34,879 nt of DNA from Gemmatimonadales bacterium (GCA_025928955.1 JAICNA010000003.1:1-34879); one strand, 5' to 3'; shown: positions 25,844 to 34,879, numbered from the stretch's first letter. The notes: generated by a model not told the origin, from the letters alone. Translations and numbers: made by a program.

Positions 25844-26428
25844 ATGGAGCCCCATCGTACGGCAGCCGCGGCCATGACGGCCGACTGTCTCTGCTTCCGC
25901 GCCCGCCGCGTCTCCCGCGTCATCACGCGCCTCTATGACGAGTCGCTGCGCCCCCTCGGCATCCAGGCGACCCAGCTCACCCTGCTCAATGCCATCGCCA
26001 TGAGCGGCGAGCGTGGCGCCATGATGGGGCGGCTCGCCGACGTGCTCGCGCTGGACGCGACGACGCTCTCGCGGAACCTCCGCCCGCTCGTGGCGCTGAG
26101 GCTCGTGAAGCTCGCCCGCCCGCCGGGTGACCGGCGCGTCCGCCTCGCCCGACTGACGCCGGCGGGCGAGCGGCTCGTCGCGGAGGCGCTTCCCCTCTGG
26201 ACGAGCGCCCATCGGCGGGTAGTCTCCATGCTTGGTCCGGAGGCCGCAGCGGAGCTGCGCGACCTGTTCGATGTTGCCGCGGCAGCTGCTGCCGACTCAC
26301 CTCTCCCGGTTCCGGAGCCATCGCATGACGAGCACGATCCCGATTCCCCGAGTCGTCCCGCGCGACGAGTGGCTGGCAGCACGCAAGGCGCTCCTCGTCG
26401 AGGAAAAGGCGCTCACCCGCGCGCGTGA
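25844..26428 (+). CDS. MarR family transcriptional regulator (CxC type)
   Basis: DCLCFRARRVSRVITRLYD, QLTLL, LDATTLSRNL, DRRVRLARLTPAG. The 3' end overlaps the next gene by 104 nt. Confidence 0.88.
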   Translation: MEPHRTAAAAMTADCLCFRARRVSRVITRLYDESLRPLGIQATQLTLLNAIAMSGERGAMMGRLADVLALDATTLSRNLRPLVALRLVKLARPPGDRRVRLARLTPAGERLVAEALPLWTSAHRRVVSMLGPEAAAELRDLFDVAAAAAADSPLPVPEPSHDEHDPDSPSRPARRVAGSTQGAPRRGKGAHPRA

Positions 26429-27095
26429 CGCGCTGAACGCGCGCCGGCGCGCCCTGCCTGCGGTCGCGCTCGACAAGGCATACGAATTCGACACGACCCG
26501 CGGCCGCGCGGCGCTGGCGGACCTGTTCGACGGCCGCGGCCAGCTCATCGTCTACCATTTCATGTTCCTCAGGGACCAGCACCAGGGATGTCCCGGCTGC
26601 TCGTTCATGGCCGACAACCTGCCCCACCTCGCGCACTTCCATGCGCGCGACACGACGTTCGCGCTGGTCTCGCGCGCGCCGCTCGCCGAGATCGAGCCGT
26701 TCCGCGAGCGGATGGGGTGGACGGTGCCGTGGCATTCCTCCTTCGGAAGCGATTTCAACTATGACTTCCACGCGACGACCGATGAGGCCGTCCGGCCGGT
26801 CGAGTACAACTATCGCAGCAAGGCGGAGCTCGAGGCGCTCGGTCAGACCTATCACGTTCACGGCGAGCAGCCGGGCATCAGCGTCTTCCTGCGGGATGGT
26901 CATCGCGTGCTCCACACGGTTTCCTGCTACGGCCGCGGGCTGGACCTCCTGATCAATACGTACAACTGGCTCGACCTCACGCCGTTCGGGCGTGGCGAGG
27001 GGTGGGACGGCATGCCGGACGTCGGGGGCGCGGGGATGGAGTGGCTGCGGCATCATGATCGGTATGAGGGGCAGGAGGCAGGAGGGAGGAGGTAG
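26325..27095 (+). CDS. DUF899 thioredoxin-like protein
   Basis: SD GGAG; EWLAARKALLVEEKALTRARD, LADLFDGRGQLIVYHFMF, GCPGCS, VSRAP, MGW.VPW.SS, SDFNYDF, LDLTPFGR. Confidence 0.92.
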   Translation: MTSTIPIPRVVPRDEWLAARKALLVEEKALTRARDALNARRRALPAVALDKAYEFDTTRGRAALADLFDGRGQLIVYHFMFLRDQHQGCPGCSFMADNLPHLAHFHARDTTFALVSRAPLAEIEPFRERMGWTVPWHSSFGSDFNYDFHATTDEAVRPVEYNYRSKAELEALGQTYHVHGEQPGISVFLRDGHRVLHTVSCYGRGLDLLINTYNWLDLTPFGRGEGWDGMPDVGGAGMEWLRHHDRYEGQEAGGRR

Positions 27096-27183
27096 TCGGC
27101 AGGCGCGGGGCGAAGTGCCGGGGTGAATCGGAGCGTGCGGGTTCTGCGTCAGGTGAGGTATCGCACTCGAGAGGGAGGGAGTC

Positions 27184-27549
27184 ATGCAATACGTCGATGG
27201 ATTCGTCATTCCGGTTTCGAGGCGGCATCTGGCGTATTACCGCCGGATCGCGCAGAAGGCGGGGAAGATCTGGAAGGAGCATGGCGCGCTGGCCTACGTC
27301 GAGGCGGTTGGGGACGATCTCAAGCCCAAGGGCATCGTCGCGACGTTTCCGAAGCACGCACGCGTGAAGGCCGGCGAGACGGTGATCTTTTCCTTCATCC
27401 TCTACAAGTCGCGCGCCCACCGGGATCGCGTCAATGCGAAGGTGATGAAGGACCCGCGGATGAACGCGATGATGGAGCAGGGCGCCAGCATGCCGTTCGA
27501 CATGAAGCGGATGGTCTACGGCGGGTTCAAGTCGATCGTGGACCTCTGA
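27184..27549 (+). CDS. DUF1428 (YbaA-like) family protein
   Basis: SD GAGGGAG; MQYVDGFVIPV, EHGALAYVE, GETVIFSFI, HRDRVNAKVMKDPR, MPFDMKRMVYGGF. Confidence 0.92.
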   Translation: MQYVDGFVIPVSRRHLAYYRRIAQKAGKIWKEHGALAYVEAVGDDLKPKGIVATFPKHARVKAGETVIFSFILYKSRAHRDRVNAKVMKDPRMNAMMEQGASMPFDMKRMVYGGFKSIVDL

Positions 27550-27557
27550 GGCGCGGA

Positions 27558-29033
27558 GTGAGCGACGGCGCGGTCCCGCTCGAAGTGTCGGCACCGGCCA
27601 CGCCGGGGCCGGCGGCCGCGGCCGCGCCCACGATTCCGCCACGAAAGTACGACCGTTCGCTCGTCGAGGGTCCCCTTCGCTCCGCGGTGTGGAAGCTCGC
27701 CTGGCCGACGATGCTGACCAACATCATCGGCGGGCTGCAGGGCATCGTGGACCACGTCATGGTCGGGCACTTCGTGGGCTTCGCGGCGAATGCCGGGATC
27801 GGCGTCGCCACCCAGATCTGGATCGTCATCATCGTCTTCATCACCTCGCTCTTCACCGGCATGAGCGTGCTCGTCGCGCGCTTCGCCGGCGCGGGCGACG
27901 AGGCGAAGGTGGACCGCACCGTCTACCAGGCGTTCCTGACCGCGATGGCGATCTCCCTGCTGATCATGGCGCCCCTCGGCTACTTCCTGGCGCCGTCGCT
28001 GCTCGACCTCGTCAATGCCGCACCGGAGGTCCAGCGCGAGGCGCTTCCGTACCTCCGCATCATGTTCCTGTTCAGCAGCGGGATGCTGCTCTTCTTCATG
28101 CTGAGCGGCGCGCTCCGATCCGCCGGGGATGCGCGGACCCCGATGGTGCTCGGCATCGTGATGACCGTGCTCAACATCGTGCTCAACGTGATCCTGATCC
28201 GGGGACTCGGCCCGATCCCGGCCCTCGGGACGGCGGGCGCGGCGCTCGGGACCGTCATCGCCGCCGGCGTCATCGGCGCGTATGCGGTCTACAAGTTCTG
28301 GCATGGCGGATGGGTCGTCTCGTTCCCCCCGGGGATGAGCCTTCGGCCCGACTGGCAGGTCATCCGAGCGCTCTTCCGCTTCGGCCTGCCGACCGGCATT
28401 CAGGGGATCGCGATGAACGTCGGCGGCGTGCTGATGCTCGCCTTCATCGGCTCGCTGGCGGAAAGCGCCGCGGCGCAGGCTGCGTTCGCCGTATCGTATT
28501 CCCAGCTCTTCTCCCTCATCACCTGGACGTCGGTCGGGCTGATGGGTGCGGCCGCCGCGGTCGCGGGGCAGAATCTCGGGGCCGGCCATCCCGATCGTGC
28601 CGACGGCGCGGTCCATGCCGCGGCCAGGATCGGGCTCACCGGAGCGGCGCTCGTCGGCGCATGCTTCCTGTTCTTTCCGGAGCAACTGCTCGCGGTGTTC
28701 GGGATGGACGAGCCCGCCGCGGTGCGCATCGGGACGCAGCTGCTCCGCGTGCTCAGCCTGTCGGGACTCTTCATCGCAGTGGCGCTCACGTACACCGGCG
28801 GGCTCCAGGGCACCGGGGACACGCGCAGCCCGCTCTACATCTCGATCATCTCGCAGGTCGTGATCCCGCTGGGCATCTGCTTCGTGATCCAGCGAACCGG
28901 AACGCTGCAGCCGCTGCACATCTGGTTCGCGATCCTCGCCGGGCACGCGACACGCTGCGTGCTGAGCGTGGCGCGCTTCAATCAGGGCCAGTGGCGGACC
29001 ATCGCTGTGGACATCGGCCCGGGCGCGCGCTAG
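27558..29033 (+). CDS. MATE family efflux transporter
   Basis: KLAWP, IVDHVMVG, LRSAGDARTPM, NIVLNVILI, GTAGAALGT, GQNLGAG, LQGTGDTRSP; many TM segments; start approximate. Confidence 0.92.
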   Translation: MSDGAVPLEVSAPATPGPAAAAAPTIPPRKYDRSLVEGPLRSAVWKLAWPTMLTNIIGGLQGIVDHVMVGHFVGFAANAGIGVATQIWIVIIVFITSLFTGMSVLVARFAGAGDEAKVDRTVYQAFLTAMAISLLIMAPLGYFLAPSLLDLVNAAPEVQREALPYLRIMFLFSSGMLLFFMLSGALRSAGDARTPMVLGIVMTVLNIVLNVILIRGLGPIPALGTAGAALGTVIAAGVIGAYAVYKFWHGGWVVSFPPGMSLRPDWQVIRALFRFGLPTGIQGIAMNVGGVLMLAFIGSLAESAAAQAAFAVSYSQLFSLITWTSVGLMGAAAAVAGQNLGAGHPDRADGAVHAAARIGLTGAALVGACFLFFPEQLLAVFGMDEPAAVRIGTQLLRVLSLSGLFIAVALTYTGGLQGTGDTRSPLYISIISQVVIPLGICFVIQRTGTLQPLHIWFAILAGHATRCVLSVARFNQGQWRTIAVDIGPGAR

Positions 29034-29072
29034 CCGCCGCCCCTCCTCGAACCTCGAACCAGGGAGCAACGG

Positions 29073-30188
29073 ATGAGTGGAGTACGGGTACTCGTCGGAA
29101 CGCGGAAGGGCGCCTTCGTCCTGACGGCGGACGGAACGCGGAAGAAATGGAACGTGAGCGGGCCGCATTTCGCCGGGTGGGAGATCTACCATGTGAAGGG
29201 CTCCCCGGTGAATCCCGACCGGATCTACGCCTCGCAGACGAGCGGCTGGTTCGGCCAGCTGCTGCAGCGCTCGGACGACGGGGGCAAGTCATGGGAGCCT
29301 GTCGGCAACGAATTCGCGTACGACGGTGAGACCGGGACGCATCAGTGGTACGATGGCACGCCGCACCCGTGGGAGTTCAAGCGGGTGTGGCACGTCGAGC
29401 CATCGCTCACGGAGCCGGACACGGTTTATGCAGGCATCGAGGACGCCGCGCTCTTCCGCTCGAAGGACGGGGGCAAGTCGTGGCAGGAGCTGTCGGGGCT
29501 TCGGAAGCACGGGTCAGGATCGCACTGGCAGCCGGGCGCTGGCGGAATGTGCCTGCACACCATCATCCAGGATCCGTCCAACCCCCAGCGCATGTACATC
29601 GCCATCTCCGCGGCCGGCACCTTCCGCACGGACGACGGGGGCACGACATGGAAGCCGGTGAATCACGGGCTCCGCTCGGAGTTCATGCCGGACCCCACCG
29701 CGGAAGTGGGCCACTGCGTGCATCGGATCGCCCTGCATCCCTCGCGGCCGAATGTGCTGTTCATGCAGAAGCACTGGGACGTGATGCGGAGCGACGACGC
29801 CGGTGATTCGTGGCACGAAGTCAGCGGGAACCTGCCGACGGACTTCGGCTTCCCGATCGACGTGCACGCGCACGAGCCCGAAACCATCTATGTCGTCCCC
29901 ATCAAGAGCGACTCGGAGCACTTTCCTCCTGAAGGGAAGCTGCGCGTCTACCGGAGCCGGAGCGGCGGGAACGAGTGGGAGGCGCTCACGAAGGGCCTGC
30001 CGCAGCAGGACTGCTACGTGAACGTGCTCCGCGACGCGATGGCCGTCGACTCGCTCGACACCTGCGGCATCTATTTCGGCACCACCGGCGGCCAGGTGTA
30101 CGCCTCGGCCGACGGAGGTGACTCGTGGAACTCGATCGTGCGCGACCTGCCGCCCGTCCTCTCGGTCGAGGTGCAGACGCTGCAATGA
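29073..30188 (+). CDS. BNR/Asp-box beta-propeller protein (sialidase-like fold)
   Basis: VGTRKGAF; repeated Asp-boxes [53 protein letters not shown]. Confidence 0.9.
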   Translation: MSGVRVLVGTRKGAFVLTADGTRKKWNVSGPHFAGWEIYHVKGSPVNPDRIYASQTSGWFGQLLQRSDDGGKSWEPVGNEFAYDGETGTHQWYDGTPHPWEFKRVWHVEPSLTEPDTVYAGIEDAALFRSKDGGKSWQELSGLRKHGSGSHWQPGAGGMCLHTIIQDPSNPQRMYIAISAAGTFRTDDGGTTWKPVNHGLRSEFMPDPTAEVGHCVHRIALHPSRPNVLFMQKHWDVMRSDDAGDSWHEVSGNLPTDFGFPIDVHAHEPETIYVVPIKSDSEHFPPEGKLRVYRSRSGGNEWEALTKGLPQQDCYVNVLRDAMAVDSLDTCGIYFGTTGGQVYASADGGDSWNSIVRDLPPVLSVEVQTLQ

Positions 30189-30481
30189 TCACCGTGACGC
30201 TCCCGGCGCACCTCCGCACGCTCGCGCGCGTGGAGGGAGACGTGCGCGTCGAAGTGCCCGGAACGGTGACGCGGCGCGCCGTGCTGGACGCGCTCGAGAC
30301 GGCGTATCCGATGCTGCGCGGCACGATCCGGGATCATGGCACCCTGAAGCGCCGCGCCTTCGTCCGGTTTTTCGGGTGCGGCGAAGACCTTTCGCACGAG
30401 CCCGACGATGCGCCGCTGCCACCGGCGATCGCCGACGGCCGGGAGCCGTTCATGGTGGTCGGCGCCATCGCCGGGGGCTGA
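30185..30481 (+). CDS. MoaD/ThiS family ubiquitin-like protein
   Basis: ATGA overlap; [31 protein letters not shown]; C-terminal AIAGG. Confidence 0.9.
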   Translation: MITVTLPAHLRTLARVEGDVRVEVPGTVTRRAVLDALETAYPMLRGTIRDHGTLKRRAFVRFFGCGEDLSHEPDDAPLPPAIADGREPFMVVGAIAGG

Positions 30482-30544
30482 CGGCGCGTGGAACCGCGAG
30501 CGACCACGCGTCGTAGTGGCCCGATCTCGCATTGGGATTCCGCC

Positions 30545-30985
30545 ATGCTCCGTACCCTGCTCCTTGCCGCAGCGGCGCTCACCGGCCTGGGATCGCCGGT
30601 CCGCGCGCAAAGTGGCGCGGCACCCGACCTGACGCGCCAGGTATTCGCAGCCGAGAGCAGCTTCGCGGCGACGATGGCGAACCGCGACCTCGAAGCCTTC
30701 GCGGCGTTCATTGCCCCGGAGGCGGTCTTCTTCGGGGAGACTCCGCTCCGCGGCCGGGACGCTGTCGTCGCTGCATGGCAGCGGTTCTTCGACGGTGCGG
30801 ACGCCCCGTTCTCCTGGCGGCCCGAGACAGTGGAAGTGCTACCCTCCGGCACGCTCGCGCTTACCTCCGGACCAGTGTACGACCGGAGCGGCACACGCAC
30901 GAACACGTTCACCTCGATCTGGCGGCTCGATCCCGACGGCAGGTGGCGGGTGATCTTCGACAAGGGGTGTCCGATCGACGAGTAG
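30545..30985 (+). CDS. Secreted NTF2/SnoaL-like (DUF4440/YybH) protein
   Basis: Signal peptide; AESSFA..MANRDLEAF, LRGRDAVVAAW, SGTLALTSG, FTSIWR...WRVIFDKG. Confidence 0.85.
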   Translation: MLRTLLLAAAALTGLGSPVRAQSGAAPDLTRQVFAAESSFAATMANRDLEAFAAFIAPEAVFFGETPLRGRDAVVAAWQRFFDGADAPFSWRPETVEVLPSGTLALTSGPVYDRSGTRTNTFTSIWRLDPDGRWRVIFDKGCPIDE

Positions 30986-31009
30986 CGGCGCGCGACGCAC
31001 GCCCCCCGC

Positions 31010-31058
31010 TTGACACCCGATCGGAAGATCCGCACATTGCCTCATCTACTGAGGCAAT
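31010..31058 (+). promoter_or_regulatory. padR promoter plus a 9-bp inverted-repeat operator
   Basis: TTGACA (31010-31015), 17 nt, CACATT (31033-31038); ATTGCCTCA-TCTAC-TGAGGCAAT (31036-31058) covers the -10, the likely start site and the SD. Confidence 0.72.
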
Positions 31059-31059
31059 C

Positions 31060-31413
31060 ATGACACCCATTCCCCAGCGACTCTTTCAGGGCACCCTCGA
31101 TGCCCTGATCCTCCAGGCCCTCCGCGCCGGGCCACGCCACGGCTACGACATCGCCGCGTGGCTCGAAGCCACGAGCGACGCCGCCCTCAGCATCGAGGAC
31201 GGCGCGCTCTATACCGCGCTGCACAAGCTCGAAGAACGCGGCTGGATCGTCGCGGAATGGGGCATCTCCGACAAGAAGAAGCGCGCGAGGTTCTATCAGC
31301 TGACGCCCGAGGGCCGCCGGAACCTGGTGACCCGCGTTCGCGAATGGGCCGCGTACGTCGACGCCGTGGATCGCATCCTCCGGCCGGCTGGCGGCGTGGC
31401 GAGACCGGCGTGA
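31060..31413 (+). CDS. PadR family transcriptional regulator (acidobacterial type)
   Basis: QGTLDALIL, GPRHGYDIA, GALYTALHKLE..GWI.AEWG.S..K.RARFYQLT..GR. Confidence 0.93.
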   Translation: MTPIPQRLFQGTLDALILQALRAGPRHGYDIAAWLEATSDAALSIEDGALYTALHKLEERGWIVAEWGISDKKKRARFYQLTPEGRRNLVTRVREWAAYVDAVDRILRPAGGVARPA

Positions 31414-34067
31414 GCGAACCGATCTGGCGCCGCCTCCGGCGTCTCTACGGACCGGATCCGCGCGCCGACGTGCGGGACGAATTCGCGTTCCATCTCGAGG
31501 AGCGTACCGAGGCGCTCATGGCGACGGGGCTCTCCGAAACGGAGGCACGCGCGCGCGCGCTCGAGCGATTCGGAAACCTCGCGGAGGCGGAGGCCGCCTG
31601 CTCGGGCGTCGGCAGGCGCCGGGTTCGCCGGCTCCGGTGGGGCGAGATGCTCGGGGGTCTCGTGCAGGATTTCCGGTATGCGGCCCATGGCATCCGGCGC
31701 GCACCGGGGTTTGCCCTCGCCGCGATCCTGACCATCGCGCTCGGTATCGGCGGCAACACCGCCGTCTTCAGCCTCCTCAACGCGCTCCTGCTGCAGCCGC
31801 TCGACGCGGCGGATCCGGACGCCCTTGTGCGCGTCTACACCAGCGAGGGCCGCGAGCTCCGGACGCCCGCCGACCGGTTCGGCGGCTCGTCCTACGCAGA
31901 CTACGCGGATTTCGCGAGCTCAGGTCTCCTGGCAGGACTCGCCGCACAGATGCCCTTCGGCACGATCGTTCAGCTGGACGGCGGGACCGCGCGATTCGAG
32001 GCGCGTGTGGTATCCGAGAACTACTTCGATGTGCTCGGCCGGCGGCCGGCGGTCGGCGGCTGGCGGCCGGAGGCGAAGCGCGGCCGCGCGCTGGAAGCGA
32101 TCGTGAGCCACGACTTCTGGACCACACGGCTCGCGGGCGCCTCGGACGTGCTCGGCCGCACCCTCGTCGTGAACGGCAAGCTGGTGCAGATCGCCGGCGT
32201 CACCGGCAAGGAATTCGCCGGCGTAGAAACGTCCACCGTGAGCCTTTACTTCCCCTTCACATCGGCCCCGGTACTCACCGGCCGGCCGGGGATCCTGACC
32301 GATCGCGGAGACCGGTCCCTGAGGCTCCTCGGGCGCCTCGCGTCCGGGGCGACGGCCGAAGCGGCCGAACGCGATCTCACCGCGATCATGCGGACGATCG
32401 CGGTCGAATCACCTTCGAGCAATGCGAACCGGGTGGTGAGCGTGCGCCACGCGACGTCGATCGTGCCGCTCGAACTGGCCGGCGACGCGATCCTGCCGAC
32501 CGCCGCGCTGGTCTTCGGGGCGACGCTCGCGATGCTCGCAATTGCCGGGGTGAACGTCGCGGCGGTCCTCCTCGCTCGCACCATCAGGCGCCGCCGCGAG
32601 CTGGCGGTCCGGCTTTCGCTCGGTGCGAGTCCGGTCCGGCTCGTGCGCCAGCTCGTGTCGGAGAGCGTCCTGCTCGCGCTCGCCGCGAGCGTCCTCGTGG
32701 TGCTCCTCCTTTCCTATCTGACGCCGATCGCCGCGCGGATCGGCGTCCCGAAATCGATGCAGCCCGAGGTGGACCTCACCGTTCTCGCCTATGCGATCGC
32801 GATGGCGCTCGGCGCCGGTCTCCTCTTCGCGCTGGCGCCGGCGCTCATCACGGTCCGGTCGGACGTCGTCGCTGCGCTCCGGGCGGGTGAGGCCGACTCG
32901 CGCCCGCGCGCCCGCGCCCAGCGCGTTCTGGTCGGCGCCCAGCTCGCGCTTTCGATGTTGCTCCTCATCATCAGCGGCGCGCTCCTGCAGAGCCTGGCGC
33001 GACAGCGATCGATCGATCCGGGGTTCGTCCCGGCGGGGCTCATCGTGGCGGAGCTCGTGGATCCGGCCGGTGTCGTCGACCACGCGCGCGAGCGCGCGTT
33101 CACGGATGTCGCGGTGAAACGGATCGCCGCGATTCCCGGCGTCACGTCGGTGACGGTAGCCTCCATGGCACCGCTCACGGGCGACGGGATGCGGAGCTCG
33201 ATTCACATTCCCGAGCATGCGGAGGCGGGCGGTGAGAGCCCGGAAATCGCGGCCGTGACCGCCGCCCCGGACTTCTTCGCCACGCTCCGCATTCCCATCG
33301 TGCGCGGCCGGGAGCTCACCTGGACCGACGGCGATACGCTCGCCAAGGTCGTCGTCAATGCATCCATGGCTCGCCGATACTGGGGCACGCGCGATCCGGT
33401 CGGCAGCGTCGTGGAGCTCGGTGGTCGAGGGGGGACGGCCGCCGAAGTCATCGGCGTTGCGGCGGACGCGCGGTTCTACACGCTCGACCAGCCTCCCGTT
33501 CCGCTGTACGCCATCCAGCGGCGAGCCCGCGGCGGGACCACGCTCGTCATCCGCACCGACGCGAATCGCGACGTCGTCCTGGGCATGGCGCGCGCAGCGC
33601 TGACGCGATCCGACATTCCGCTCGCGCTCGCCAGCCTGCGCACGATGGACGATATCCTCGAAAGCTCGCTCCTCGTGTCACGTGCGATCACCAGCACGCT
33701 GATGGCGATCGGGGCGCTGGCCGTGCTCCTCGCGACCATCGGCCTCTACGGCGTCGTCTCCTACATCACTGCAGGACGCACGAAGGAATTCGGGATCCGG
33801 CTGGCCCTCGGCGCCAGCCGCACTTCGATCTCGCGCCTCGTGATCGGATTCGGCCTGAGGACGACGCTCATCAGCGGCGTCCTCGGAACCGCGGCGGGAC
33901 TGGGCGCGCTGCGCGCGCTCGATGGCATGCTTCTCGGCGCCCGGGGATCACTCGCCGTCGTCACGGCGGTGTGGGTGGCGCTCGGCACCGTGACCCTGGT
34001 TGCCTGCACCCTCCCGGCGCGGCGGGCGACCGCCATACCCCCGGCCAGCGCGCTCCGCGCCGAATAG
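31410..34067 (+). CDS. ADOP-type duplicated MacB/FtsX-like ABC permease
   Basis: GTGA overlap with padR; prefix domain DEFAFHLEER...ERFG, QDFRYA, TIALGIGGNTAVFS, RRRELAVRLSLGA, QLALSMLLL, GLYGVVSY...RTKEFGIRLALGA, PARRA...ALRAE; 885 aa. Confidence 0.92.
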   Translation: MSEPIWRRLRRLYGPDPRADVRDEFAFHLEERTEALMATGLSETEARARALERFGNLAEAEAACSGVGRRRVRRLRWGEMLGGLVQDFRYAAHGIRRAPGFALAAILTIALGIGGNTAVFSLLNALLLQPLDAADPDALVRVYTSEGRELRTPADRFGGSSYADYADFASSGLLAGLAAQMPFGTIVQLDGGTARFEARVVSENYFDVLGRRPAVGGWRPEAKRGRALEAIVSHDFWTTRLAGASDVLGRTLVVNGKLVQIAGVTGKEFAGVETSTVSLYFPFTSAPVLTGRPGILTDRGDRSLRLLGRLASGATAEAAERDLTAIMRTIAVESPSSNANRVVSVRHATSIVPLELAGDAILPTAALVFGATLAMLAIAGVNVAAVLLARTIRRRRELAVRLSLGASPVRLVRQLVSESVLLALAASVLVVLLLSYLTPIAARIGVPKSMQPEVDLTVLAYAIAMALGAGLLFALAPALITVRSDVVAALRAGEADSRPRARAQRVLVGAQLALSMLLLIISGALLQSLARQRSIDPGFVPAGLIVAELVDPAGVVDHARERAFTDVAVKRIAAIPGVTSVTVASMAPLTGDGMRSSIHIPEHAEAGGESPEIAAVTAAPDFFATLRIPIVRGRELTWTDGDTLAKVVVNASMARRYWGTRDPVGSVVELGGRGGTAAEVIGVAADARFYTLDQPPVPLYAIQRRARGGTTLVIRTDANRDVVLGMARAALTRSDIPLALASLRTMDDILESSLLVSRAITSTLMAIGALAVLLATIGLYGVVSYITAGRTKEFGIRLALGASRTSISRLVIGFGLRTTLISGVLGTAAGLGALRALDGMLLGARGSLAVVTAVWVALGTVTLVACTLPARRATAIPPASALRAE

Positions 34068-34088
34068 CCCCTTCGCGGGCCCGGACCC

Positions 34089-34664
34089 TCAGTGCGTCCC
34101 GCGCCCCACCTTCACCTGCACACCGATCTCGATGGCGGTAGCGCTCACCGCAGGGTTCTCGGGCCCGACCGGTGACCGCAACGGGCGCACGATCGGCTGC
34201 CAGACGTCGCTCTTGATGAGCGCGCCGATCACCGCCCCGGTCGCCGCGCCACTGAGCGGGTAACCGATCATGCACTGCGCGGGCGTCGGCGTGAGCCAGC
34301 CGGGATCCTCATTGGCACAGAAGAACCCAAGCACGACGCCCACTCCGCCGCCGATCAGTGCGCCGCGCCCGGCATTGCCGCGTCGGCCAACCCGCTTTTC
34401 CAGGCGGGCGAGCGTTGCGGTCGGGATCGACGCAGGGACCCACTCGGCGGCACCTCCCGTCATGCTCGGGATGAGGCGCTCGACCACGATGGTGTCGGTG
34501 CGCACGCTCACGATCCGGGCGACGAAGAGTCTGCTGCTGTCCTGCATGAACGAGTAGCGGATGCGATCACCGTCCATCGGGACGGGGGAAGGGCTCACGT
34601 GAGTGGGGGCGCAGGCGGACGCGAGCAGCGCAATGAATGCAAAACCACGACAGGACTGTGTCAT
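34089..34664 (-). CDS. Hypothetical lipoprotein with glycine-zipper hydrophobic helices
   Basis: SD AGGA; lipobox LASAC; GALIGGGVGVVLG and GAATGAVIGALI. Confidence 0.7.
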   Translation of the reverse strand: MTQSCRGFAFIALLASACAPTHVSPSPVPMDGDRIRYSFMQDSSRLFVARIVSVRTDTIVVERLIPSMTGGAAEWVPASIPTATLARLEKRVGRRGNAGRGALIGGGVGVVLGFFCANEDPGWLTPTPAQCMIGYPLSGAATGAVIGALIKSDVWQPIVRPLRSPVGPENPAVSATAIEIGVQVKVGRGTH

Positions 34665-34879
34665 ACGGCCATCCTGTGAGACGTGCTCAAGACTTGATGC
34701 CTGATGGTGAGAGCGGCGTGAAGTCCACCTGAGACTCCGTTCACATTGCCCGTCGGACCTCGGCTGCCCGCTCGCGGACCGCCCGCGGCCATGTCCGCGG
34801 CACCCGGGGCGAGATCCCGCGCGCCCGGGGCGTTCCCACCGGTACGATCACCATCCGATCGATTCGGCTCCGGGAACCC

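Noticed and set aside
25632-25926. Small minus-strand ORFs (68 aa and 96 aa) upstream of the RRE operon as possible free precursor peptides
   Set aside because: No YxxP or other leader motif and no SD; they start inside the marR operator or gene. Not fully excluded without Ribo-seq.
27123-27557. 145-codon N-terminal extension of the MATE ORF
   Set aside because: It overlaps the well-supported DUF1428 gene in another frame; MATE-like sequence begins after 27558.
34665-34879. GC-rich inverted repeats near the window end as a possible ncRNA or riboswitch
   Set aside because: Short CCGCGG-type stems are expected at this GC level, and I recognise no RNA family motif.
1-34879. CRISPR arrays, tRNA/rRNA, transposases, integrases, prophage genes
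   Set aside because: No regularly spaced repeats, RNA gene signatures or mobile-element protein motifs were seen by eye.

Overview
High-GC bacterial chromosomal window with about 33 credible CDSs and no rRNA, tRNA, CRISPR or mobile element that I can see. The PadR + ADOP permease pair and the GC level suggest Gemmatimonadota or Acidobacteriota (inference). In order: (1) a translationally coupled DNA-repair operon (unknown gene, stand-alone LigD-type primase-polymerase, LigC-type ligase); (2) a minus-strand run of GNAT, DinB, HhH lipoprotein, secreted protein and lone receiver domain; (3) an AAA+ ATPase with a C-terminal membrane anchor; (4) a ~2900-aa cyclic beta-1,2-glucan synthase; (5) DUF4142 plus a degenerate QueD-like gene, divergent from a Cys-rich HTH regulator and a Tat-exported DUF1460 amidase; (6) YihY and an AGE-family epimerase; (7) the main candidate for a new system at 20208-25635, a coupled operon of two nucleotidyltransferases, an HPr-kinase-like kinase, two GT2 glycosyltransferases and a PqqD/RRE protein fused to its own lasso-type leader motif (YATPSL) plus tail, with no lasso cyclase or peptidase in the window; (8) a MarR-led cluster (DUF899, DUF1428, MATE, BNR propeller, MoaD-like, NTF2-like) with a perfect palindromic operator; (9) PadR-ADOP with promoter and operator; (10) a lipoprotein. 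All family calls come from motifs recognised by eye; no searches were run.
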